NCBI GenBank assembly: GCA_963755125.1
Contig: CAVWIP010000017.1
Location: 6,308-70,307 of the forward strand
Reading direction: 5' to 3'
DNA from: an uncultured delta proteobacterium
GTDB lineage: Bacteria > Myxococcota_A > Polyangia > Fen-1088
Length of the DNA: 64,000 nt
Made by a program: the position numbers and the translations under genes. The notes under the pieces are model-generated. The model worked only from the letters and a program-made list of their open reading frames with translations, was not told where the DNA came from and made no database searches. Within the stretch, counting starts at the first letter, position 1, and each line of letters starts with the position of its first letter. This document shows, one piece after another, positions 41,539-51,509 of this stretch.

Positions 41539-41992
41539 CTCTCTTCAGCCTTCTTTGCACTATCTCGCGCAGTTTGTTGCGCCAGCCAGACTCGGACGGC
41601 TCGTAAAAGACCGTCCCCCAATATCTACCCTCAAATTCCGCCCCCATCTTGGCAGCCAATTCATCGAGACTCTGCGTCTCTTCTCCCGTTCCAAAACTCT
41701 CAAACTGAGTGACCACAACGACGCCAACCGCGAGGTTCCTTCGCTTCAATTCTGCAAGGATATCATAGCCGCTGAATGGGCGCGGTCTGCCGCCCTTCTC
41801 CAAAGACGAAATGTCATACGTTGGCATGCTCATGTCGAGAAGTATAAGTCTGGGCTTCAGCTCCACCGCCGCCTGGAGACCGCTCTGGTATGAGCGGCGC
41901 TCAGTCACGTCCCCTTGAAGAAGATCTTCCCGAACAAAGCGCATCAACTCCCGACTCTTGTTCGGGTCGTCCTCAATGATGAGGATTTTCAT
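41531..41992 (-). CDS. dtcB: stand-alone receiver (REC) domain protein, DtcB-like
   Basis: MKILIIEDD..LILLDMSMP..K REC motifs; ATGA overlap with upstream kinase gene, 8-bp overlap with downstream REC. Confidence 0.5.
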   Translation of the reverse strand: MKILIIEDDPNKSRELMRFVREDLLQGDVTERRSYQSGLQAAVELKPRLILLDMSMPTYDISSLEKGGRPRPFSGYDILAELKRRNLAVGVVVVTQFESFGTGEETQSLDELAAKMGAEFEGRYWGTVFYEPSESGWRNKLREIVQRRLKRDD

Positions 41993-44900
41993 GTTTGCAA
42001 ACCCTCCAGCGACAATTCTACCCTTATCGCAAAGCCCTCTTTGGGCTTAACATCGACATCGATGGAGTAGTCCTCTTGCCCCAGGTCGTACTTGGCGATC
42101 TTGTGTAGCTTCGCAAACCCACTGCCCCCCTCCTGACGAATGACGCCTGTCGCCCTCTTTGCTGTTTCAAGGAGAGACCGAGCCGTCCTCTGCAAGTCCT
42201 CGACCGAGATGTCGGGGCCCAAGGCATTACGTACCTCAATAACCAAGCGAGCGCAATGCGCGAATATCCGGCCCTGCACCCGTGGTCGGTCAAGCTGGGC
42301 GTGTCTCACAGCGTTCTCGAAGAGAATAAAGAGCAGGTCAATGAAGGCTGTAAAGCTACTCCCCTTCATCATAAGAGATTCGTCCCCGATCTCCATTTCA
42401 GGGAACTCCGCGAGGTTAGGAAAGCAGTTTCGCAGGATCTCGCTCGACGCGTAGGCAAGAAGCGTAAGCTTGTAGTCAGGTACTGCCTCCTCCTCCCCGA
42501 CTTTGAACCAGGCCGCAATGGCACCAAGTTCGTTCGCGACGCTCGTACGACAGCGCGCCAGAGCCGCAGAAAGGTCTGCGTTGCGCGTGCCAGGGGCCAA
42601 TTCTCCGAGCGCCCTCTCCAAGTCGTCGATTGTCTGAAGGAGGCGCTGGCAAAGCTCCCCGGTGATTCGGTCTCTGATCTTCGCTAGCTGAGCCTGGGTC
42701 CTTTCCCAGAGGTTCGCAAACACGGCTTCAACGAACCGCTCGACGTCGGCTATCTGAAGTACGGCGAGGTATAGATTGACGGCATCAGCGTCGGTGTAGT
42801 CGAAGTCGAACATCCCAGCAGCTTTGCTCCGCGACTTGATCTGGAGCCAATCCTCCTTTACCTCCTGGATCAGCCCGTCGATCGTGGCAGAGAAGCGGCG
42901 AAACGCATCGTTGATCTTGTCGCGGACCGCAGCGGGGCTGGACAGCGTTAAGGGCTTGCTCCAATGCGCGTTGTACTCGTATTGTGCTGTTCTTGCGTTC
43001 TTTCGGGTGATCAGTGCCTCTCTCTCGAACTGGCTTCTGATTTGGCCCGATAGAGTCCCGTGCCGAATCCGGACGCTCAGGTACGAATCGAGGCCAAATT
43101 CGTTGCTCGAAATGAACCTGGCGCGAAGATCGTCGAAGAGATCCTGGAACTGCTGCAGAGTCGCATCGCTAATGACAAGTACGGGCTCCTCTGTGTCGAA
43201 TCTCAGGTCCTTCAGAGCGAGCGTTTCTCGGAGCCTTCCGGTCAGCAACGAGAACGCCCGGAAGCGCAGAAACTTGTCGTAAAACCCACGGTCGAGAGAG
43301 CGAACGATCCCCGACGTATCGACGTGGATTTTGCTCTCGCCATATCGTTGGAGCGCCCGACGGATCACCAGGGCTTCCGTTCTTCGTGCAATTTCCGTGG
43401 AGGATGCGTCGGAGGAAGCAGGATCTATGGCGAGGAGCGTCTGGCATATTGCAATCCGCTCACGCTCAAGGTCCTCCGAGCTACCAAACGCGACGGAGTA
43501 GTCCATCACCTCCGGAATGCAAACGTGTCGAAGAAAGTGAATGTAGCGCCTGGCTGGGAAACTGTCTTTGCGTGTGAAGAGTTCGCTCGGCTTCCGCGCG
43601 CCGGCTTGCGAAAGAAAGTCGTCATAGGCGGCGTAGGTAGACCGAAAGGAGTCTTGTCTTCGGCGTGCCTGTCGCGGGATCGAGAAGAGAATGGGCCAGA
43701 CAAGCGAATCTTGTCGGGTTGGGGGATGGGCCTTGCATGCATCGATGATTTCTTGGATAGGGAAGGCCCCTATACCGTTGGGCCGCTCCAGGTACGCGTC
43801 CACAGTAATCTCGGCCGCTTCGGCGGGCTGCCCTGCGGACAGGTAGGCAGAGCAGAGACCGAGCGACGCTTCATGGCGGAGCGGCATGCCCCCCTGGGGG
43901 TGTGAAAGGAGGGCTGAATAGTGCACAATTGCGCGACGATACTCTCCACGCAACACAGCATGACGAGCTTCGTACTTCTCTGCGCGCGGCGGCCAGATCC
44001 CTTCGAAGGAAGTGGGGGCGCGATCTCTGAATAGGTCGACGACTGGGCCGTGCTCGTACCAAGAAGCGATCTTGTCGAGAAAGGCTGGCTTGTCGTTCGG
44101 AGGCAGAATCTCCGAGAAGCGGGGGGTAATGGCGCTTGCGGCCAGAGCGCCGAAGACCTCCATGTCAAGGCCGGTTTTTATGCATCCTTGGACTGCGAGA
44201 AATGCCAGGACCTGGTCGGCGAACCTGGTCCCGTCGAGCGTGTGCGTGAGTTTCCGCAACCACGCGACGGCCTCGGTTGTGTCCGGGCCTCGCGCTAGCA
44301 CCGAAATCACGGCGCGAACCAATGGCTCGGCCGACCCGAACCTGGCGCCGTCCGGCTCCCGCCCGAGATAGAGGCAGCTTTTCGCATAGAGCTCAACGAA
44401 CTCGAATGCGTCCGTTCCCCTCGCGAGCACGTCTTCGGCCTTGAGGGCCGCCTCTTCGTGGGCACCACTGGTGTAGGCGTTTAAGACGTATGCGAGAAAC
44501 GGGTCCGGAGGCGTCGCCGGAAGCGCGGAACGCGGATTTGCTAAGAGATTCAACAGCTCCAACCGCTTGTCCTTCACGGCTTGGGCGAGGGAGCCAATGC
44601 ACTCACGGAGGGCCCCTCGGGCGTGCGTTTCCGGGTCGCTGGCGCAGATCTGAAGGCACCGCAAATAGCAGCAATACCGATCCACCATCGGGTAGCTCGC
44701 CTCCCGATGGAGCACATGTCGAACATCCGGCTTGAATCGGAGGCTGGAGAAATCGAATTGGAAACGGAAGGCGCTAATGGCGCCCTTTATCTCTGGCTGG
44801 TCAGATCCTGGGACCCCCGCACAAAGGGTGTCTATTGCACTCTCATAGTTCGAGGCCGAGAGTTCCTCCTCCACCCTTTGACTAATGAGCGTTGCGTGGA

Positions 44901-45486
44901 CGCGCACAAATTCACTGCCGGCTTGTTCAGCCAGATCGGCAAGGTGGGCTCGATTTTCCTTGAGCCCACCCTGCTTCTGGGCCAGGAGCAGCTCAGCTCT
45001 GAGCGTCCAAAGGGACTGGCCTAGTCGGTCGACGATTTGTCGGAGCGTTGCTGCGGCTTCGGCGAGATCTACCGTGAGCAGGGCTGCCTCGAACCGGTCC
45101 CGCAATGCAATGAATCCAGAAAGACGATCAGCATACCTCTTTAGGACGGCGCAGTTCCACCGCAGTTCATCGGCAAGAGAGTTGCCGATCGGCAGGACCT
45201 GCGCTCTCGTGAAGTCGGCGTAGGTCTGCGGAAAGGCAGTGCCTGTGATCAGACGTTCTGCGGCGGGCTGGTGATACCTGAGCACACGACCAATAAGCTT
45301 GATGGACTCCGCTTTTAGACTGATCCGGGCTGCCGCCCCACGCCTCGTAGGTTCAAGCAGACGCAGATATCGTACGGGGATGAACCCTGGCGCATTCTCG
45401 CCCTTTTCTCGAAGCCTGCGGACCTCTCTGCGTTTCGCGCGGCGCAGCACGCCTGCCCGCTTTGCTTGTCTCTTCAGTGCCACCAC
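41989..45486 (-). CDS. dtcA: large histidine-kinase-like protein (helical N-terminal region + C-terminal HATPase_c), DtcA-like
   Basis: GHKL motifs ILFENAVRHA (N box), EVRNALG, GGSGFAKLHKI (G box); ~900-aa helical N-terminus; GTG start uncertain. Confidence 0.5.
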   Translation of the reverse strand: MVALKRQAKRAGVLRRAKRREVRRLREKGENAPGFIPVRYLRLLEPTRRGAAARISLKAESIKLIGRVLRYHQPAAERLITGTAFPQTYADFTRAQVLPIGNSLADELRWNCAVLKRYADRLSGFIALRDRFEAALLTVDLAEAAATLRQIVDRLGQSLWTLRAELLLAQKQGGLKENRAHLADLAEQAGSEFVRVHATLISQRVEEELSASNYESAIDTLCAGVPGSDQPEIKGAISAFRFQFDFSSLRFKPDVRHVLHREASYPMVDRYCCYLRCLQICASDPETHARGALRECIGSLAQAVKDKRLELLNLLANPRSALPATPPDPFLAYVLNAYTSGAHEEAALKAEDVLARGTDAFEFVELYAKSCLYLGREPDGARFGSAEPLVRAVISVLARGPDTTEAVAWLRKLTHTLDGTRFADQVLAFLAVQGCIKTGLDMEVFGALAASAITPRFSEILPPNDKPAFLDKIASWYEHGPVVDLFRDRAPTSFEGIWPPRAEKYEARHAVLRGEYRRAIVHYSALLSHPQGGMPLRHEASLGLCSAYLSAGQPAEAAEITVDAYLERPNGIGAFPIQEIIDACKAHPPTRQDSLVWPILFSIPRQARRRQDSFRSTYAAYDDFLSQAGARKPSELFTRKDSFPARRYIHFLRHVCIPEVMDYSVAFGSSEDLERERIAICQTLLAIDPASSDASSTEIARRTEALVIRRALQRYGESKIHVDTSGIVRSLDRGFYDKFLRFRAFSLLTGRLRETLALKDLRFDTEEPVLVISDATLQQFQDLFDDLRARFISSNEFGLDSYLSVRIRHGTLSGQIRSQFEREALITRKNARTAQYEYNAHWSKPLTLSSPAAVRDKINDAFRRFSATIDGLIQEVKEDWLQIKSRSKAAGMFDFDYTDADAVNLYLAVLQIADVERFVEAVFANLWERTQAQLAKIRDRITGELCQRLLQTIDDLERALGELAPGTRNADLSAALARCRTSVANELGAIAAWFKVGEEEAVPDYKLTLLAYASSEILRNCFPNLAEFPEMEIGDESLMMKGSSFTAFIDLLFILFENAVRHAQLDRPRVQGRIFAHCARLVIEVRNALGPDISVEDLQRTARSLLETAKRATGVIRQEGGSGFAKLHKIAKYDLGQEDYSIDVDVKPKEGFAIRVELSLEGLQT

Positions 45487-45663
45487 ATCCCTCTTGGATC
45501 AATGTTCGCAGATTTCCATTCTCACAGTGTCTCGACAACTGTCCCAAACGTCAACATGATCGCTGGACTCCGTCCCCGTATTGATTCTTCTGGCCTGCGA
45601 CCAACGGTTGCGGCGGCTGGGAGATCCAGATCGAAGTGACCCTGGGACACCGCTGATGCGACT

Positions 45664-46257
45664 CTACTTCTCCCTCTTCTTCATCGACCGCGCCAGCTTC
45701 ACGGCCTCGGCAACACCCTTCTCCGCTGCGGTCTTCTTCACCTTGGCTCTGTCCGCGCCTGTGAGCGATTTCAAGGCAGCCAGGTACTGCCCTTGCAGCT
45801 TCCGCGCCCGCCTGACCTTTGGCGTGACCTTCTTCACCTTCTTTGCCGCCGCCGGCTTGGCCCCTGTCCCGTGAGTGACCTTGCCCGCCCGTCGCTCCTC
45901 CCGGTACTTCTTGATCTTGCTCTTGGCCACGTTCTTGTGGTCCTTGCAGACCATGCCGAAGACTGGTGCTGCCACGTTCTTGCAGCCGGGTACTGGACAA
46001 AGGTGCTTTGGTGGCTTCTTCTTTTCCGCCGATTTTTTCACCGTCACATCCGCCGCAAGTGCCACAGCATGCTTGGGTGGCCTACCTGGTCCGCGTTTTT
46101 GCGGAATACCAAAGGCACCAGCAAGCGCAGCCTGGATTCGTTGAGCTACGGCTGCCTCAACGGTGGCAACGATCTGCTGGGTGAAGGTTTCGATCTGAGC
46201 GGTGATGTGCGGGTCGGTGTGGGGCATGAGGTCTCCTGGTTGTTTCTTGCCCGCCAT
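45664..46257 (-). CDS. Lys-rich DNA-binding-like protein with CxxC..CxxH zinc knuckle
   Basis: CPVPGCKN..MVCKDHK; AKKVKKVTPKVRRARK tails typical of histone-like proteins. Confidence 0.4.
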   Translation of the reverse strand: MAGKKQPGDLMPHTDPHITAQIETFTQQIVATVEAAVAQRIQAALAGAFGIPQKRGPGRPPKHAVALAADVTVKKSAEKKKPPKHLCPVPGCKNVAAPVFGMVCKDHKNVAKSKIKKYREERRAGKVTHGTGAKPAAAKKVKKVTPKVRRARKLQGQYLAALKSLTGADRAKVKKTAAEKGVAEAVKLARSMKKREK

Positions 46258-46260
46258 CGT

Positions 46261-46320
46261 ATGGGCTGCCGGGGAAATGGGCAACCAGATCGAAGTGGCC
46301 GGGGATGAAGGGGTCTGGCT
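46261..46320. repeat. ~60-bp repeat, copy 1 (copy 2 at 48895..48958)
   Basis: atgggctgcSgggaaatgggcaaccagatcgaagtggcSggggatgaagggg. Confidence 0.5.
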
Positions 46321-46540
46321 ACGCCACCGCGTTTGAGTTGGCCATCTCCGCGTGAGAATCGGGCTGGTAGGCCGGAACAAGACGGGGCTCAGACATAGAG
46401 CCGCTGCTGAATCGAATTGACGAGCAGTAGCCGCCTAGTCCGCAGTCTCCGTTGATGTGACGATTGCTTCCCGTCACATAGGAACCTGGGATGGTTCCTT
46501 GATCGTCAAGAACCACCCTGGCTCGTTGCGCTAGTCTCGC

Positions 46541-48526
46541 CTAGGTCTTACCAGTGGCGGTCATGCCTCCAGTTGCCTTGGTTCCGCCCATGGCTGAGGT
46601 GCCGCCGGTGGCGGTCGTGCCTCCCGTTGCATGGCTTCCGCCCATGCCCATCGAACCGCCCGAACTCGTTACGCCACCCGTGGCTGAGGTGCCACCGGCG
46701 GATGTCGCGCCTCCAGTTGCATTACTTCCACTCGTGCTCGTCGAACCGCCGGAGCTAGTTGCGCCGCCCGAGGCCGAGGTGCCGCCAGTGGATGTTGTGC
46801 CTCCAGTTGCGTTAGTTCCACCCGTGCTCGTCGTGCCACCCGCACCTGTTGTGCCACCGGTGGATGTCGTGCCGCTGCTCGCGAGCTTGTATACCTCGCT
46901 GCCTGCCAGCAGGAAGCACCCAACCCCGTAGTCGTCGAAGTCGGCGAGCATGGTTGGACCTAGACGTCCAGGGTCTTGTGGGTTTTCGGTGCAGGGCAGA
47001 GCGCCCGTGGCCTGCACGTACCCGAGCAGGCCATCCGACTGAAGGGCGATGGTGGAAAGGCCGTTCCAGGCGCTCTGCAGGGCTGGGCCGTAGGTCGCAA
47101 CGTCAAGAAATCCCTTGCGAATGCCCCAGGCTAGACCGTAGGTAAAGAGCGCCGTTCCGCTGGTTTCTGGACCATCGTCGCCGGTCAGGCCGATGCTTGC
47201 GCACTGGGTGGGATCGAAAAGACTCTCATTCCAAAAACCGTCGCTGCGCTGGAGGGGCACCAGCGCCTTGGCAATGGCCTGGAAGTCCGAGACGTACGTG
47301 GCCCGATGGGCATCGGTGGTCGGCAGGATGTCGAGAACCCGCGTCAGAGCTGCGAAGACCCAGCCGTTTCCACGCGACCAGTAAATGCTCTTTCCGTTCG
47401 GGGCCACGATGTAGGCATCGGTGGTTTGCGCCGGTAAGCTCGACATCAGGCTTGCGGTTATCGTCAACTCGGAGCAGTAATCGAGGCCGGCATCGGCGTT
47501 GCCGTCGACGCTGCCATCGACACTGGCATCAATACTGCCGTCGACGCTGCTTGCAACGCCGGCATCGGGGCTGCATTCGCCGGCTTCACTGTCCAGGGTT
47601 GGCGTGTAGTGCAAATCGCGCCACCAGAGCCCATCGGCGGCGTTAAATAAGCCTCCGCCTTCGCTCATGCGAGCGTCATTGTAGAGGGCCCACATGGCAT
47701 CGAAGTAGCCGCCATTGGGGTACAGAACCCCCAACTTCGCGAACACGGGCATGGACATCTGGATGGCGTCGATCCACCACCACACATTCGCGGTCCCGTT
47801 CGACACCATGGCGTCGATGCTTGCCTTGATTGCCTGGATGCGGACCGGCTGCGGATCGATGTTGTAGAGATCGATGTAGGTCTGGCCGCAAGCCTGATTG
47901 TTCGCGTCGGTCGACGTAACACCTGCCGCTGTGTTTGCCAGGAGCCAAGGATGCGTCGGGCTCGCACCCCATGTGACGGCGTAGTTGTAGTAGGTCTGCT
48001 GGTTCGTCGTGTCGGGGTCCACGTTGTAGAGCCCCATGAGTCCTTCGTAGTACGCAGCCCGAGTCCAGAGATTGCTGGGCCTAGTCTTGTTCGTGACGAT
48101 GTCCGCAGTGGGATCGGGATGTTTCGTCATGAACCAGGTATTCGCTCGCTGCATGTTTTCCAGCACTGACGAGTTAGCCGGCAAGCCCGTGAGTGTTGTC
48201 ACCCCACCGGAACTGGTCGCGCCACCCGAACCTCCGCCGGTTGTGGTGGAACCACCCGACATCGTTGCTCCACCTGAACTGCTCACACCACCTGAGCTGG
48301 TTGTCGAACCACCGGTCACGATAGTTGAGCCACCGGTACTCGATCCTGCGGTACTCGTGCCGCCGGCACCGATACCACCGGTGCCTCCGTGCGAGCTGGC
48401 GGACGCCGTGCCCCCGTTATGTCCCGCAGTGTTCGTGCTCGATGAACTTGAGCATGCCGCGAACGTGACGGCGGCAGACAGAAGAAACGCACAACGCCAG
48501 TAGAATCGAAAACAGTTGGTGCTCAT
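46541..48526 (-). CDS. glycoside hydrolase family 88/105-like lipoprotein with Gly/Ser/Thr-rich linkers
   Basis: YYEGLMGLY, WWWIDAIQMSMPVFAKLG, GNGWVFAALTRVL motifs of unsaturated glucuronyl/rhamnogalacturonyl hydrolases; lipobox FAAC. Confidence 0.55.
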   Translation of the reverse strand: MSTNCFRFYWRCAFLLSAAVTFAACSSSSSTNTAGHNGGTASASSHGGTGGIGAGGTSTAGSSTGGSTIVTGGSTTSSGGVSSSGGATMSGGSTTTGGGSGGATSSGGVTTLTGLPANSSVLENMQRANTWFMTKHPDPTADIVTNKTRPSNLWTRAAYYEGLMGLYNVDPDTTNQQTYYNYAVTWGASPTHPWLLANTAAGVTSTDANNQACGQTYIDLYNIDPQPVRIQAIKASIDAMVSNGTANVWWWIDAIQMSMPVFAKLGVLYPNGGYFDAMWALYNDARMSEGGGLFNAADGLWWRDLHYTPTLDSEAGECSPDAGVASSVDGSIDASVDGSVDGNADAGLDYCSELTITASLMSSLPAQTTDAYIVAPNGKSIYWSRGNGWVFAALTRVLDILPTTDAHRATYVSDFQAIAKALVPLQRSDGFWNESLFDPTQCASIGLTGDDGPETSGTALFTYGLAWGIRKGFLDVATYGPALQSAWNGLSTIALQSDGLLGYVQATGALPCTENPQDPGRLGPTMLADFDDYGVGCFLLAGSEVYKLASSGTTSTGGTTGAGGTTSTGGTNATGGTTSTGGTSASGGATSSGGSTSTSGSNATGGATSAGGTSATGGVTSSGGSMGMGGSHATGGTTATGGTSAMGGTKATGGMTATGKT

Positions 48527-49018
48527 GAGTCCTCATCTCCTCGGCAGCGCCAATCTCGCGCTGCTCACTTCAGTTGTCTCTCGGTCCAGGATTCGTAGGG
48601 TGAAACAACATCAGCGCACGCCGCTCAGAATGCCTCAGCGTGACACCGCGGGTATGCATATAGCTAGATCGGAAACGTGGCAAGTGGAATCTTGGCAGAC
48701 GAGCTTTTGCGCTCTCGGAGGCTGGCCCCTTGGAGAATTGAAGTGGCGGGGGGCAGTAGCCGTTTCTTGGGGAAGCAAGATGGCGACCTGCCTGCCTTCC
48801 TGACAAGGGCGCGCGCTTTCTCGGGTCCGAGGGTCATGTCCACTGGGTAGCTGCGGCGTTTCGAGTGCGTCTGTGTCCTTGTCTTCCTGCCCGGCAATCG
48901 GATGGGCTGCGGGGAAAATGGGCAACCAGATCGAAGTGGCGGGGGATGAAGGGGGCTCCGGTCACGCCCGATGCCACCCTGTCACCGGGTAGGACGCTAG
49001 TCCTGTTGAACCCTGCCT

Positions 49019-49750
49019 TCAGATTTCCACCACGAGCCGGTCCAGGAACTCGGGATTGGGCTCCTCGCCCATGTACCCGAACGGATTGCACAGCACCGTG
49101 GTCTCTCCGATCTGAGTGCGCATGGATGCATGTGAGTGCCCATGCAGCCAGAGCCTTGGCCGGCGTTCTAGTATCAGCTCCGTGAGGTCGCACACGAAGA
49201 ACGGGTTGAGCAGGCTTCCCGCGAATCTAGGTGCGACACAACGCTGTGACGGCAGGTGGTGAGTCACGACGATGTCGCCGGGGCGCAACTGCTGATCGAG
49301 GAAGGCGACAGCCCTGGCGTTCTCCTCGTACACCCAGGACTCGAAGTCCTTGATGACGGAGAAATCGCTCAACAAGTGCTTGAGTCCTTCATTGATGGTG
49401 GAGCGCGGGAACCACAGCGGTACCCCCAGGAAGTTGAACCCGAGAAGTTCGGTGCCCGAGGCATCAAGCCAGATAAGATTGGGGTTCTCGGCCTGCGCCT
49501 GCCGGGTGAGGTCGAGCACGCTACTGCGGTTCGTCCTGTAAAATTCGTGGTTGCCGTGAACGTACACGACGGAGGCGTCACGGAATCTCCGGCACAGCAG
49601 CGCGAGTGCCGCGGGGATGCCATCCGCAACGGCGACATCGCCGGCAAGCACCAGCACGTCGACACCAGATGGGTCGAGCGACTCAACGAAGGAGCGCCCA
49701 CCGTCCCGGTGAAACTCGAAGTGCAGGTCGGAGAGGAGTTGGAGGCGCAT
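49019..49750 (-). CDS. metallophosphoesterase (calcineurin-like)
   Basis: LSDLHFE, LAGDV, GNHEF, THH, GHSH motifs. Confidence 0.6.
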   Translation of the reverse strand: MRLQLLSDLHFEFHRDGGRSFVESLDPSGVDVLVLAGDVAVADGIPAALALLCRRFRDASVVYVHGNHEFYRTNRSSVLDLTRQAQAENPNLIWLDASGTELLGFNFLGVPLWFPRSTINEGLKHLLSDFSVIKDFESWVYEENARAVAFLDQQLRPGDIVVTHHLPSQRCVAPRFAGSLLNPFFVCDLTELILERRPRLWLHGHSHASMRTQIGETTVLCNPFGYMGEEPNPEFLDRLVVEI

Positions 49751-49795
49751 ACAGGTCCATCCCAGGGTAGCATGCGTCCCTGACGAGCTTTCAGA

Positions 49796-50695
49796 ATGAC
49801 TACCCAGGCCCACCTTCCCCGTCAGGCCGCACCAAACGACGACGAACCTGCCCGTCAGGCAGCAATCGAGCGCTACCTACGCACCGGCAAGTACGAGACC
49901 ACTTCTCCCGCCTGGCCGGGTAACGCCTGGGAGCGCGAGGTCCGTGCACACGACGACATGATCCGGGCTCTGGTGGCCGAGGTGAACAAGCTCGCAGCTG
50001 GGCACGAAATTCCATCTGCTTCGCTTCCCGCCGACTTGGTGGCGTTCACACGCAAGAAGGTGGAGCCCATGGCGCGTGGGCTGTTCCGGCGTGACGAGCA
50101 GGAGGCTGTGCTGGCGGTTCTGGAGAAGTCGGTGGTGTTCTTGACCCCCGCGAACATCGACCAGGTGCTGCTCCAGTGCAGCTGGCTGCACACGGCATGG
50201 TCCCTGGCGAACCTGTATCTGGACAGCATGGGCGCGTCCCTGCTGGGACCGGATGCTGACAAGATCGTGGGCCTGAGCGAGGAGACCACCTGCTTCGTGT
50301 CCCTCAAGTATTTCAAGATGGAGGACCCGTTCGCGGACTTCGTCGTCCACGAGGCTGCGCACATCTTCCACAACTGCAAGCGGCGCACGATAGGGCTGGC
50401 GGAAACAAAAAGGCAGGAATGGCTGTTGGATATCGAGTACCGGAAGCGCGAGACTTTTGCCTACGCCTGCGAGGCGTACGCACGCATCCTGGAACGCGCA
50501 CCCAAGCCACAAGATCGCCCGGCCCTTGCCACCGAGTACGCAAGCAAGGTGCGCGTGTCAGGTGAGCGTGTGGACACGGTCGAAGTGAACAGCATCTTGG
50601 CTGATGCGTGCGCGGCAAGAAACGGGTGGAAGATCATCCTGGGCAGGTGCGCACCGGAGAAGAGCAGGACCATTTCCATGCCGCCTCAGATCTAA
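49796..50695 (+). CDS. hypothetical protein with HExxH motif (putative metallopeptidase)
   Basis: VVHEAAHIFHN. Confidence 0.35.
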   Translation: MTTQAHLPRQAAPNDDEPARQAAIERYLRTGKYETTSPAWPGNAWEREVRAHDDMIRALVAEVNKLAAGHEIPSASLPADLVAFTRKKVEPMARGLFRRDEQEAVLAVLEKSVVFLTPANIDQVLLQCSWLHTAWSLANLYLDSMGASLLGPDADKIVGLSEETTCFVSLKYFKMEDPFADFVVHEAAHIFHNCKRRTIGLAETKRQEWLLDIEYRKRETFAYACEAYARILERAPKPQDRPALATEYASKVRVSGERVDTVEVNSILADACAARNGWKIILGRCAPEKSRTISMPPQI

Positions 50696-50715
50696 TGATG
50701 GGCAGTCGTCCAGTT

Positions 50716-50780
50716 AGCTATCGCGCTGCAAAATGAGGGCGGCCCCACGAACCTGGGTCATGCATACCAGGGGGTGGATA
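50716..50780. repeat. ~65-bp repeat, copy 1 (copy 2 at 57947..58010)
   Basis: agttagctat..ggcggccccRcRaacctgggtcaYgc..gggggt. Confidence 0.45.
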
Positions 50781-50813
50781 TGTTGATGTCTTTGCCGGCC
50801 ATCGTCCATGCAG

Positions 50814-51476
50814 CTATAACGGCGGGAATAGGCAGCTTTGGGTACAAGACACTGAACAATTTGGCTCATTCCCGGGGTTCCCTTGGGAATCCAAGCACAC
50901 GCCGTTCAGTGGACCGAGGTCGCACTGCTCGTCATATTGCGAGTCGAGAATGCCATCACCGCAGCAGGGTATCCTTCCCGCATCCCTGCCGTCGGCCGAT
51001 GCGCCCTCTGGCTCGATAAGCCCCCCATCTGACGAAATGCCACTGCAGACACTCCCATAGTGAATCGCAGGGTTAAGGCATGTGATGAACCGCGTACACA
51101 GATACTTGGTGTAACAGAGACTGGGGTCCTCCACACAGGTCTGATCCCCCTGCGGCATCTGGATATCGCCCGGATTGCAGGACAGTGTATCGTCACAATG
51201 CTTACCGTTAGGCAACATGCACAGTGTGGAGCCACAGGAGTATCCCACATCAGGGAGGTTCGTTGGGGAATAGCACTCGCGGTATGTTGGACAGACCTCG
51301 GAGTAGTCTGATTCCTGCCCCGAGGTTAGCGTCTGGTCGCCTGGGTTGCAGTTACATAACGAACCACATGGTCCTAGGCCACAAGACTCTGTGCTGCATG
51401 CCGCCAGGGTGATGGTGAGTGCCAGGCCCATGCCGGCTACGAGGAGAGCTGTCACAGTTCCTGGCATCTTGAACAT
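50814..51476 (-). CDS. Cys-rich secreted lipoprotein (MFKMP family), paralog a
   Basis: signal MFKMPGTVTALLVAGMGLALTITLAAC; repeated CNPGD modules. Confidence 0.5.
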   Translation of the reverse strand: MFKMPGTVTALLVAGMGLALTITLAACSTESCGLGPCGSLCNCNPGDQTLTSGQESDYSEVCPTYRECYSPTNLPDVGYSCGSTLCMLPNGKHCDDTLSCNPGDIQMPQGDQTCVEDPSLCYTKYLCTRFITCLNPAIHYGSVCSGISSDGGLIEPEGASADGRDAGRIPCCGDGILDSQYDEQCDLGPLNGVCLDSQGNPGNEPNCSVSCTQSCLFPPL

Positions 51477-51509
51477 TGGGTTTCGTTCACGCCCACTTAT
51501 TGAAGGCGA

